Source of the DNA: an uncultured delta proteobacterium
GTDB taxonomy: Bacteria > Desulfobacterota > Syntrophia > Syntrophales > UBA2185
DNA: 24,316 nucleotides
Direction of reading: 5' to 3'
NCBI GenBank assembly: GCA_963695875.1
Contig: CAVOID010000002.1
Location: 1 to 24,316, forward strand
Shown here: positions 1 through 8,371 of the stretch, in pieces
Layout of the letters: the number at the start of each line of letters is the position of its first letter
Numbering within the stretch: position 1 is the stretch's first letter
The notes under the pieces: model-generated
Told to the model about the DNA's origin: nothing
Seen by the model: the letters and a program-made list of their open reading frames with translations, nothing else
The model's database searches: none
Translations under genes and position numbers: made by a program

Positions 1-52
1 GTTTCAACAAGGCGTTCATGATATGCAATTGTTTTAATACATAAAGTATTAT

Positions 53-169
<117 letters not shown>

Positions 170-179
170 TATAATATTT

Positions 180-209
180 AAAACCCCTTCAGAGATGAAG
201 GGGTTTTTT
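180..209 (+). terminator. Rho-independent terminator after 5S rRNA
   Basis: Perfect hairpin aaaaccccttca-gaga-tgaaggggtttt followed by a T run. Confidence 0.9.
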
Positions 210-283
210 ATTTTACAATGTATCTTTCCCTATGCTATGTAGACCTGACTGTTTAAGAAAAACCTCGATGGAGATACGATACC

Positions 284-1033
284 ATGTCCGGTCATTCAAA
301 ATGGAATACAATAAAAAGAAAAAAGGGCGCGGCAGACGCTAAAAGAGGGAAGATATTTACTAAACTGATAAAGGAAATAACACTTGCAGCGAGGCTTGGG
401 GGCCATGACCAGGAGGGAAATGCTCGTCTGAGGCAGGCAATTATGGCGGCAAAAGAAGAAAATATGCCCAAAGACAATATTGACAGGGCAATTAAGAAGG
501 GAATCGGAGGAGCAGAAGGCTCTGCCAACTTTGAGGAAATTTTATACGAGGGATACGGACCAGGCGGCGTCGCTATTCTTGTAGAGGTGATGACGGACAA
601 CAAAAATAGGACAGTTGCAGAAATACGGCATATTTTTTCGAAGCATGGTGGAAATCTTGGTGAAAATGGTTGTGTGTCCTGGATCTTTGAAAAAAAAGGA
701 AGCATACTATTTGACAAGAAGGCGGTTAGTGAAGAAGTCCTCATGGAGGCAGTCATTGAGGCGGGCGCCGAAGATGTGAGGGATGAAGAAAATGAATATG
801 AAGTCATTACGCATCCTGCATTATTTGAACAGGTGAGGAAGGCCATTGATCTTAAAGGTCTCAAATATATAAAGGCTGAGATAACCATGATGCCTCAAAG
901 TACGGTGAGAATTGAAGCCGATAAGGCTGTACAGATGCTGAAGCTCATGGAGAAGATGGAAGATAATGACGATGTACAGCATGTGTACGCAAACTTTGAC
1001 ATACCGGACGATGTGATGGAAAAATTTAACTAG
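284..1033 (+). CDS. yebC: YebC/PmpR family protein
   Basis: N-terminus [23 protein letters not shown] motif, C-terminal [10 protein letters not shown]; typical position upstream of ruvCAB. Confidence 0.97.
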   Translation: MSGHSKWNTIKRKKGAADAKRGKIFTKLIKEITLAARLGGHDQEGNARLRQAIMAAKEENMPKDNIDRAIKKGIGGAEGSANFEEILYEGYGPGGVAILVEVMTDNKNRTVAEIRHIFSKHGGNLGENGCVSWIFEKKGSILFDKKAVSEEVLMEAVIEAGAEDVRDEENEYEVITHPALFEQVRKAIDLKGLKYIKAEITMMPQSTVRIEADKAVQMLKLMEKMEDNDDVQHVYANFDIPDDVMEKFN

Positions 1034-1054
1034 GAAATGAACTTGGTATAGGCT

Positions 1055-1534
1055 TTGAGAGTTTTAGGAATCGATCCAGGAAATCATATAACCGGCTACG
1101 GTGTTGTTGAAAAACGAAAGAGCGGTATTGAACATGTTGTGCATGGTGAAATTAAAGTGGCGAAATGTGCGTCTATAACATCGCGCCTAGTGAAGATATA
1201 CGATGACTTATTGGACGTTATTGAAAGATCAGCACCTGACGTAATGGTCGTAGAAGATATCTTCTATGGTAAAAATGTTAAGAGTCTTATCAGGCAGGGC
1301 GAGGCGAGGGGAATAACTCTCCTTGCCGGTTCACACAGGCGCATACCGATCTATGAATACACACCTCTCGAAGTTAAGAAGGCTGTTGTGGGATACGGCA
1401 GGGCGGAGAAGAATCAGATTCAGAATATGGTTAAAGCAATATTGCATTTATCAGAGCTACCTCCTGCAGATGCTGCAGATGCGTTAGCTATTGCCATATG
1501 TCATATTAATTTTTTAAAAGCATTACCAATTTAA
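1055..1534 (+). CDS. ruvC: Holliday junction resolvase RuvC
   Basis: Motifs LGIDPG, EYTPLEVKKAVVGYGRAEK and DAADALAIAICH; TTG start. Confidence 0.97.
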   Translation: MRVLGIDPGNHITGYGVVEKRKSGIEHVVHGEIKVAKCASITSRLVKIYDDLLDVIERSAPDVMVVEDIFYGKNVKSLIRQGEARGITLLAGSHRRIPIYEYTPLEVKKAVVGYGRAEKNQIQNMVKAILHLSELPPADAADALAIAICHINFLKALPI

Positions 1535-1535
1535 A

Positions 1536-2144
1536 ATGATTGCCCTTATAAACGGATCATTAATCTACAAATCCATAAGCCACGTAATTGTGGAAGCAAA
1601 CGGCATAGGATACCAGATATTTATTCCCGTAACGACCTTTTACGAACTGCCAGATACGAACCAAAAGGTGACTCTCCATATACACACACATGTTAGGCAG
1701 GATGATATAAGTCTTTTTGGATTTGGTACCGGAGAAGAAAAGGGTGTCTTCGAGTTGATGATCTCCGTTTCCGGGATTGGTCCCAAATTAGCGATGAATA
1801 TCCTGTCAGGCATATCGGCGGAAGAATTAGTCCGGGCGGTGTCTCATGGAAATTTGGAGCGGTTGGTAGCCATACCGGGAGTCGGTAAAAAGACGGCAGA
1901 ACGGATGATCCTTGAACTTAAAGACAAGGTGGTCAAACTGAGTACATACGAGGCGATCTATAAGGACGACGGCGATATCAGAGTGTATGATTCTATTATA
2001 GATGACGTCCTGTCAGCACTTGTCAATCTGGGGTACAAAAGTCAAAGGGCCAGGGAGGTTATGGATAAGATTATCAAAGAATCCCCTGAAACGCTGACTT
2101 TGGATATTCTGTTAAAAAAGGCCCTGAAAAGTTTGGCTGGTTAA
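1536..2144 (+). CDS. ruvA: Holliday junction branch migration protein RuvA
   Basis: HhH motifs VSGIGPKLA and IPGVGKKTAERMILEL; C-terminal ALVNLGY. Confidence 0.97.
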   Translation: MIALINGSLIYKSISHVIVEANGIGYQIFIPVTTFYELPDTNQKVTLHIHTHVRQDDISLFGFGTGEEKGVFELMISVSGIGPKLAMNILSGISAEELVRAVSHGNLERLVAIPGVGKKTAERMILELKDKVVKLSTYEAIYKDDGDIRVYDSIIDDVLSALVNLGYKSQRAREVMDKIIKESPETLTLDILLKKALKSLAG

Positions 2145-2191
2145 AGGGTACCCCGGTCACGTGAAGGCTTTAGCACTTATTATATTTTGAT

Positions 2192-3217
2192 ATGGAAACA
2201 AAAAACCCCCTCATTAGTCCTGTAGTCCTAGACGTTGAAAAGGGATATGAAAACTCTTTACGTCCGAAGAGACTTGCCGAGTATATCGGGCAGGAGAAGA
2301 TTAAGAATAATCTTTCCATATTCATTGCGGCCGCGAAGCAGAGAAATGACGCCCTTGATCACGTCCTTATTTACGGCCCTCCGGGTCTTGGAAAAACTAC
2401 TCTTGCATATATTATGTCCAGAGAGATGGGTGTTGATATCAAAGTGACCTCAGGGCCTGTGATTGAAAGACCGGGAGATCTGGCAGCGATCCTGACCAAT
2501 CTGCAGGAGCATGATATTCTCTTTATTGACGAGATTCACAGACTCTCTCACGTTGTTGAAGAAATATTATACCCGGCCATGGAAGATTACCATATTGATA
2601 TACTCATTGGTCAGGGGCCGTCAGCACGTTCAATGAAGCTTGAAATACCCAAGTTTACTTTAGTCGGTGCGACAACAAGGGCTGGATTGCTGACATCGCC
2701 TTTGCGTGATCGCTTTGGCATGAGTTTCAGGCTTGATTTTTATACCCCCGGAGAACTTACTATTATTATAAAGAGATCAGCCAAGATATTATCGATCGAC
2801 ATCGACAGTGAAGGTGCGGCGGAATTGGCAAAGCGCTCTAGGGGAACGCCGCGTATCGCTAATCGCCTCCTCAGACGGGTGAGGGATTTTGCCCAGGTTA
2901 AGGGAGACGGATTTATCGATAAGAAGGTGGCAACTGATGCCCTGGAAATGTTTGAGGTGGATCATAAAGGCTTCGATTATATGGACAGACGGATATTGCT
3001 GACGCTGATCGATAAGTTTAATGGAGGTCCCGTAGGGATTGACAGTCTTTCATCTGCTATCGGTGAGGAGAAAACCACGATTGAGGACATCTATGAACCT
3101 TTCCTGGTTCAGGAAGGTTATCTTCAAAGGACTGCGAGAGGAAGGATTGCCACGAAGATGGCCTACGAGCATTTCGGCAAAAGGTGGATGGAGGACGGGC
3201 AGAAGGGACTCTTCTAA
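2192..3217 (+). CDS. ruvB: Holliday junction branch migration helicase RuvB
   Basis: [12 protein letters not shown], Walker [10 protein letters not shown], Walker [26 protein letters not shown]. Confidence 0.98.
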   Translation: METKNPLISPVVLDVEKGYENSLRPKRLAEYIGQEKIKNNLSIFIAAAKQRNDALDHVLIYGPPGLGKTTLAYIMSREMGVDIKVTSGPVIERPGDLAAILTNLQEHDILFIDEIHRLSHVVEEILYPAMEDYHIDILIGQGPSARSMKLEIPKFTLVGATTRAGLLTSPLRDRFGMSFRLDFYTPGELTIIIKRSAKILSIDIDSEGAAELAKRSRGTPRIANRLLRRVRDFAQVKGDGFIDKKVATDALEMFEVDHKGFDYMDRRILLTLIDKFNGGPVGIDSLSSAIGEEKTTIEDIYEPFLVQEGYLQRTARGRIATKMAYEHFGKRWMEDGQKGLF

Positions 3218-3218
3218 A

Positions 3219-3308
3219 AAATCCTAAACACTAAATTCTAAATCCTAAACGTTTTGAGCATTTGAATTTAGAAATTGTTTAGGATTTCGATATTAGAATT
3301 TCGAATTT
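3219..3308. repeat. Heptamer-periodic inverted repeat (32-bp arms, 26-bp spacer)
   Basis: Left arm 3219-3250 is aaatcct-aaacact-aaattct-aaatcct-aaac. Right arm 3277-3308 is gtttagga-tttcgat-attagaa-tttcgaa-ttt. The arms match at 25/32 positions as reverse complements. Confidence 0.8.
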
Positions 3309-3315
3309 GAATGTT

Positions 3316-3846
3316 ATGAAGCTACTGATGCACATCTGCTGTGCCCCATGCACTATATATCCGTTACAGACATTGAGGTCTGATAGACATGATTTATATG
3401 GACTGTTTTATAATCCCAATGTCCATCCTTATCGAGAGTACGAAAAGCGTCTTGATACGCTGAATGCATTTGCGGCTAACGTTGGATTAAGCGTTAAATG
3501 TTCTGAGCATGACATGGAGGATTTTTTGAGAAATGTTGCATTCAGGGAAAAAAACAGGTGCCGCCATTGTTATTACAGCCGGTTGCAACATGCGGCTCGT
3601 AGAGCTAAAGAGGAGAGATTCGAAGGGTTTACAACAACGCTCCTTTATAGTAAGTTTCAAGATCATGCAATGATTAAAAATATTGGAGAAAGCTTAGCGA
3701 TTGAGCACCAGATCAAATTCTACTATAGAGATTTTCGTGAAGGTTGGATGGATGGTATAAAAGTTTCCAAAGAAATGGGTCTGTATAGACAGCCATATTG
3801 TGGCTGCATTTATAGTGAGAAGGAGAGATTTTATCCTAACAAATAA
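3316..3846 (+). CDS. queH: Epoxyqueuosine reductase QueH (DUF208)
   Basis: Cysteine motifs LLMHICCAPC, FYNPNVHP, RCRHCY and YRQPYCGCIYSE. ATG 3316 preferred over TTG 3307. Confidence 0.92.
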   Translation: MKLLMHICCAPCTIYPLQTLRSDRHDLYGLFYNPNVHPYREYEKRLDTLNAFAANVGLSVKCSEHDMEDFLRNVAFREKNRCRHCYYSRLQHAARRAKEERFEGFTTTLLYSKFQDHAMIKNIGESLAIEHQIKFYYRDFREGWMDGIKVSKEMGLYRQPYCGCIYSEKERFYPNK

Positions 3847-3939
3847 AATTTCATGCCCGTACTAGTTTGGCGTGAGGGATGCGCTGCCGGTCATTATGAA
3901 TGTTGGGTTAACCCTTTAAAGTGGCGTAGATAGTTAGTA

Positions 3940-3961
3940 CTGTGTCTTTTCTTACACACAG
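3940..3961. promoter_or_regulatory. Palindromic candidate upstream activating sequence for a sigma-54 activator
   Basis: CTGTGT-cttttcttac-ACACAG (also readable as TGTGT-N8-ACACA), about 110-130 bp upstream of the -24 element. Confidence 0.55.
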
Positions 3962-4067
3962 CTACGAAGCTATGTTTTTAGTTTTAATAACGGTTGTGTT
4001 AATAAATAATCAGTATATTCAATTAGTTGTATATATTACGAGATATAATAATATCATCAGTAATATG

Positions 4068-4083
4068 TGGTATGTTAATTGCT
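4068..4083 (+). promoter_or_regulatory. Sigma-54 (-24/-12) promoter of lpxC
   Basis: TGGTATGTTAATTGCT has exact GG-N10-GC spacing with TTGC, and ends 37 bp before the lpxC ATG. Confidence 0.75.
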
Positions 4084-4120
4084 GTTACTGTACGCTTAAA
4101 TTAGTTTTACGAGAAGGAAC

Positions 4121-5068
4121 ATGTACCTACAGAGAACAATCAAACAGGAGATAAACTGTCGAAATATCGGCTTACACTCCGGGAGAAAAGTCAACATGAC
4201 AATAAAGCCTTCTGGAGTTGACGAGGGTATTAGCTTTATTCGTAAGGATTTGCCCAGTAAAGTCAGGATAAAGGCTGACTTCGAAAATGTCCGTGACACG
4301 ATATTGGCTACAACCATCGGTCTTAATGGGGCGACTGTTTCAACGGTTGAGCATTTACTTTCCGCATTTTCTGGTATGGGCGTTGATAATGCCGTTGTAG
4401 AGGTTGACGCACCTGAAATTCCGATCATGGATGGAAGTGCACTTCCTTTTGTCAATCTTTTGAAAGATGTTGGTACTGAAGTGCAGAGTAAATGCAAGAA
4501 GTTATTGGTGATTGTTAAGCCTGTATCTGTCACCGATAGTGATGGTACAGCAATGTTTTTACCGTCACCGGAGTTTAAAATTACTTATGATATAGATTTT
4601 GAACACCCGCTTATTGGTCGCCAATCTTACCACATGACCTTCTCCGATGTTGTTTACGAAAAGGATATCTGCTCAGCACGCACTTTTGGTTTTTTAAAAG
4701 ACGTGGAATATCTTCAGGCTAAAGGTTTGGCATTGGGAGGGTCTCTTAGAAACGCTGTGGTTTTGGACGACAGAAGGGTAATTAATAAAGAAGGTTTAAG
4801 ATGTCATGATGAATTTGTGAAACATAAAATTCTCGATGCTATTGGAGACCTTTCACTTTTAGGCACCCCCATCATAGGTCACTTTATTGCTTATAAATCC
4901 GGCCACAGGTTAAATAATCTTCTCCTTAAAGAACTCATGGCTCATAAGGAATGCTGGAAGATGGTAAGTCATATAGATCGAGACAGCAGCGAAGATGAAT
5001 ATATGTCCCTCAATATTCCGTCTTTCAGTATCCTTGATACAGTCAAGGCTCAGATGCACGTTGTGTGA
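4121..5068 (+). CDS. lpxC: UDP-3-O-acyl-N-acetylglucosamine deacetylase LpxC
   Basis: QRTIK, GLHSG, TVEHLLSA, EIPIMDGSA, ARTFGF and the Zn motif HKILDAIGDL; SD-like agaagga. Confidence 0.98.
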   Translation: MYLQRTIKQEINCRNIGLHSGRKVNMTIKPSGVDEGISFIRKDLPSKVRIKADFENVRDTILATTIGLNGATVSTVEHLLSAFSGMGVDNAVVEVDAPEIPIMDGSALPFVNLLKDVGTEVQSKCKKLLVIVKPVSVTDSDGTAMFLPSPEFKITYDIDFEHPLIGRQSYHMTFSDVVYEKDICSARTFGFLKDVEYLQAKGLALGGSLRNAVVLDDRRVINKEGLRCHDEFVKHKILDAIGDLSLLGTPIIGHFIAYKSGHRLNNLLLKELMAHKECWKMVSHIDRDSSEDEYMSLNIPSFSILDTVKAQMHVV

Positions 5069-5115
5069 GTCACCTTCCTCTATATTTTATCTATCAATCC
5101 TTCAATAAATTACTC

Positions 5116-5144
5116 TTGCTTTTTGGAGCGCAGTTTCTTAGTAT
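5116..5144 (+). promoter_or_regulatory. Candidate sigma-70 promoter for DUF4390-ntrY-ntrX
   Basis: TTGCTT-N17-TAGTAT in the AT-rich intergenic region. Confidence 0.35.
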
Positions 5145-5315
5145 ACCTCGTTAATAACCAAAACAGTAAATAAATCTGTAGTTTGATAACGTGATGGAGA
5201 AGTAGCATCAGGGGTATATTCGCACAACAAAGCGCATTTTAGTTAATGACGACTAAATTTATTAGGCAATATATATATAACTGTGTGATGTCTCAAGGTG
5301 GCGCAAGGTGTTCAC

Positions 5316-5882
5316 ATGCGTAAGCCAATTTTTCTTTTAGCTATATTCTTTGCCTGTTATTTATTTCTTGTTTTCCCCCTCAGCTCTTATAGTCGGGACG
5401 CGAAGATAGCCGATATTGTCATTACTAATAACGACAATCGTGTAACGGTTTATGCGAGAGTGACTAATTGTTACACAAAAAGGATGGAGTCAGCCATTTT
5501 GGCCGGCGTTCCTACTACGTTCACTTTCTTACTCGATCTGTATCAGGAAAGGGCAAACTGGTTTGATGAAAAAATATCCAGTGTGGTTGTCAAGCAAACG
5601 ATTAAGTATGATAATGTTAAAAAAGTTTTTTATATATCATCAACAGGAGGCCAGAAGCAGTCAGAGTTTCAGGAATTTAATGGGGCCAAGAAGGCCATGT
5701 CAGAGCTGAATGGGATCGCTGTGTCATCTCTGATAGATTTACAGAAAAACAAATCATATTACATCATGATAAAGGCGAAACTGGATAAGATACGGCTTCC
5801 TATGCATATGGAATATGTTTTATTTTTTGTTTCCCTCTGGGATTTTGAAACTGATTGGCAGAGACAGAAAGTTGTTTTTTAA
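5316..5882 (+). CDS. DUF4390 domain exported protein
   Basis: Signal-peptide-like N-terminus, AILAGVPTTFTF, C-terminal SLWDFETDW; usual position upstream of NtrY-like kinases. Alternative GTG start at 5298. Confidence 0.8.
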   Translation: MRKPIFLLAIFFACYLFLVFPLSSYSRDAKIADIVITNNDNRVTVYARVTNCYTKRMESAILAGVPTTFTFLLDLYQERANWFDEKISSVVVKQTIKYDNVKKVFYISSTGGQKQSEFQEFNGAKKAMSELNGIAVSSLIDLQKNKSYYIMIKAKLDKIRLPMHMEYVLFFVSLWDFETDWQRQKVVF

Positions 5883-5887
5883 GCATT

Positions 5888-6064
5888 ACGGCAACCTAAA
5901 AAAGCCCCTCCGCTTTCGTGGGGGGCAGCGCCCGCTTAAGTTACGCTTCATCCTTCCCAGTATCAAGTATCGGGCAGGCTATCCGTCGTATATTCACATA
6001 CACCTTGTTTTTCAATATTTGCATTTTGTAACTTTGATTTTTTTTAACTTTTTACGAGGGCCTC
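5888..6064. repeat. Structured intergenic insert (degenerate MITE/REP-like element or antisense sRNA locus)
   Basis: Hairpins at 5904-5926 and about 5956-5974 (cccagtatcaagtatcggg); right end actttttacgagggcctc; GC-rich relative to its flanks. Confidence 0.45.
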
Positions 6065-6068
6065 GGTA

Positions 6069-8312
6069 GTGGTGAAGGATCTAAAATACATTGATGATAA
6101 GGAATTAAGAAGGCGTAGGAGAGAACGTATCATCATAATTGTCACTATCTTTGTGATCGCCATGGTGAGTTTACTCGGAATTTATCTTTCTCGCAGAGAA
6201 ACCATCCTTCCCATCTCGAACAACGTACTGATCTTTGGTCTGATAATAAATATCAATATCATTCTGATCCTTATAATTCTGATCCTGCTTCTCGTTTTCT
6301 TAATAGTCAGGAATGTCGTTAAGCTGGTCTTTGAGAGAAGACATGGAGTCCTCGGATACAGACTTAGAACAAAACTCGTGGCCGCATTTGTCTGTTTGTC
6401 TTTGATTCCCACAGTGATTTTGTTTCTGGTTGCTATTAGCATTTTTTCGTACAGCATAGAGAACTGGTTTAATTTAGCAATTGGAGATGCATTAAACAAA
6501 ACCGTTGAGATCGCCCATGTCTATTATCAACAGACAGCTGATCACGCGAAATATTATGCCAGGCAGATCAGTGCCGATATCACGGGGAATCGCCTGTACG
6601 ATCAGGAAAGAGCAGATTACTTAAAAACCCTAATTGAACAACGGCAGAAAAATTATAAATTGGGTTTGCTTGAAGTTTATTTTAATAATCAAAAAAGGGA
6701 CCTTCTTATAAAAGATCCTGATAACCCCAATATCGAACCTACGCCGCTAACCCCGAAGATGCTTGAAGATGTTTTTACAGGCCAAGAAGTATCAGTTGTA
6801 CAATCGTCGGAAGTCGGCGATTTGATACGAGGCGTGGCACCTATCTATTCTTATATCAGTCCTGGGGAAGTTATTGGTGTTGTTGCAGTTAATTATTATA
6901 TTCCTCAAGAACTTGTAAAAAAGATGGGAATCATTTCAAAAACATCTGAGCAATACGGGCAGATTACGCTATTAAAAAATCCAATAAAATTTACCTATAT
7001 AATTATCCTCTTTATTGTGACCCTCTTGATCATTTTTTCTGCAACCTGGTTCGGTTTATTTTTAGCTAAGGGGATAACTGTACCTATACAGGATCTAGCT
7101 GAAGCAACAAACAAGATAGCCCGGGGAGAGCTTGACCACCAGATCAATATTGCAGCCGATGACGAGATAGGCATTCTTGTTGATTCTTTCAATAAGATGA
7201 CAAAAGATCTGAAAAAAAGTAAAGAGGGTCTGGAACAGGCAAACATATATCTGGAGCAACGAAGAAAATATATGGAAACGGTTCTCGGCAATGTATCTGC
7301 CGGCGTTGTCTCTGTTGATAGTAATGATGTCATTACAATAATCAACAAGGCTGCTGAAAAGATGTTAGATATACAGTCCGAAAAAGTCCTGAATAGACGT
7401 TTCCAGGATGTTCTCATGCCTGAACATCTGGCTGTGATGGATGAATTGTATAAGGAACTGAGGGAGAATGGAAAAGGCTTCATGGAAAGACAAATGGAGT
7501 TGATGCTTAAAGGCAAGGTATTAACTGTATTGATGACAATAACACTGATAAATGATGATGACGGAAATTATATGGGTATGGTGGTTGTCTTTGAAGACCT
7601 CAGCCAGATTCGCAAGGCGGAGAGGGCGGCGGCATGGCGGGAGGTCGCCAGGAGAATGGCGCATGAGATAAAAAACCCTTTGACACCCGTTCAACTGTCT
7701 GCCCAGCGGTTGCAGAAGAAATATGGTGAAAGACTGAGTGATGATGGCGCCATATTTCATGAATGTACCAAGACAATAATAGATCAGGTCGAGTTATTAA
7801 AGAACCTTGTCAATGCCTTTTCTCGTTATGCTCAGCTGCCTGTTACAAATCCTGTTCTAAGTGATCTGAATGAGGTTGTAGGCGATTCTGTGGTTCTCTT
7901 TCAGGACGCTCATAAAGATATCCATTTTGATTACCAAACGGAAAATGATATACCAAAATTGAATCTCGATTCCGAGCAGATAAAACGCGTAATGGTTAAT
8001 CTGCTGGATAATGCTGTTGCAGCCATAAACAAACGAGATGGACTTATTGTGATCAAAACGTACTATGATAAGGTTCATAAAAAGGCCAAGGTTGAGGTTG
8101 CTGATAATGGTAGCGGCGTACCTTACAGTTATAAGGCGAAGATCTTTGAGCCTTACTTTTCCACAAAAAGGACTGGTACGGGGCTTGGTCTTGCGATAGT
8201 GAGTTCAATTATATCGGATCATCATGGTCATGTGAGTGTCAGAGACAATAACCCCACCGGAACCATAGTTGCTTTCGAATTACCGGTTCCAGAAGGTACG
8301 GATTCTGTCTAA
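6069..8312 (+). CDS. ntrY: NtrY-like HAMP/PAS sensor histidine kinase
   Basis: N-terminal TM helices, LRTKLVAAFV, a periplasmic domain, HAMP (DEIGILVDSFNKMT), PAS, H-box AWREVARRMAHEIKNPLTP, N-box NLLDNA, G-boxes DNGSG and GTGLGL. Confidence 0.9.
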   Translation: MVKDLKYIDDKELRRRRRERIIIIVTIFVIAMVSLLGIYLSRRETILPISNNVLIFGLIININIILILIILILLLVFLIVRNVVKLVFERRHGVLGYRLRTKLVAAFVCLSLIPTVILFLVAISIFSYSIENWFNLAIGDALNKTVEIAHVYYQQTADHAKYYARQISADITGNRLYDQERADYLKTLIEQRQKNYKLGLLEVYFNNQKRDLLIKDPDNPNIEPTPLTPKMLEDVFTGQEVSVVQSSEVGDLIRGVAPIYSYISPGEVIGVVAVNYYIPQELVKKMGIISKTSEQYGQITLLKNPIKFTYIIILFIVTLLIIFSATWFGLFLAKGITVPIQDLAEATNKIARGELDHQINIAADDEIGILVDSFNKMTKDLKKSKEGLEQANIYLEQRRKYMETVLGNVSAGVVSVDSNDVITIINKAAEKMLDIQSEKVLNRRFQDVLMPEHLAVMDELYKELRENGKGFMERQMELMLKGKVLTVLMTITLINDDDGNYMGMVVVFEDLSQIRKAERAAAWREVARRMAHEIKNPLTPVQLSAQRLQKKYGERLSDDGAIFHECTKTIIDQVELLKNLVNAFSRYAQLPVTNPVLSDLNEVVGDSVVLFQDAHKDIHFDYQTENDIPKLNLDSEQIKRVMVNLLDNAVAAINKRDGLIVIKTYYDKVHKKAKVEVADNGSGVPYSYKAKIFEPYFSTKRTGTGLGLAIVSSIISDHHGHVSVRDNNPTGTIVAFELPVPEGTDSV

Positions 8313-8371
8313 AGATGATCAAATGCTATCACCTTTGTATAAAGTGAATAAAAACGTATTTATTAAATAAT

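Noticed and set aside
2170..2178. CIRCE-like half site ttagcactt upstream of ruvB (another half site near 12624-12632 upstream of dnaJ)
   Set aside because: No matching second half at the 9-bp spacing in either place.
3219..3308. CRISPR array or preQ1 riboswitch upstream of queH
   Set aside because: There is no repeat-spacer architecture and no preQ1 stem, loop or A-rich tail signature.
3942..4154. 70-aa ORF upstream of lpxC, plus the many antisense or overlapping ORFs in the track (e.g. 292-888, 5815-6069, 6995-7516, 15367-15984, 20387-20587)
   Set aside because: These are shadow ORFs of real genes or span regulatory DNA; they show no recognisable motifs or ribosome-binding sites.
5190..5258. 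Fluoride-riboswitch-like words (gatggag ... ttaatgac) upstream of DUF4390
   Set aside because: The P1 stem and pseudoknot complementarity are missing, and the downstream gene is not fluoride-related.
6208..6222. 15-nt exact match (ttcccatctcgaaca) between ntrY and the 5S rRNA (84-98)
   Set aside because: One 15-mer match within 24 kb is plausible by chance, and it is in-frame coding sequence (LPISN).
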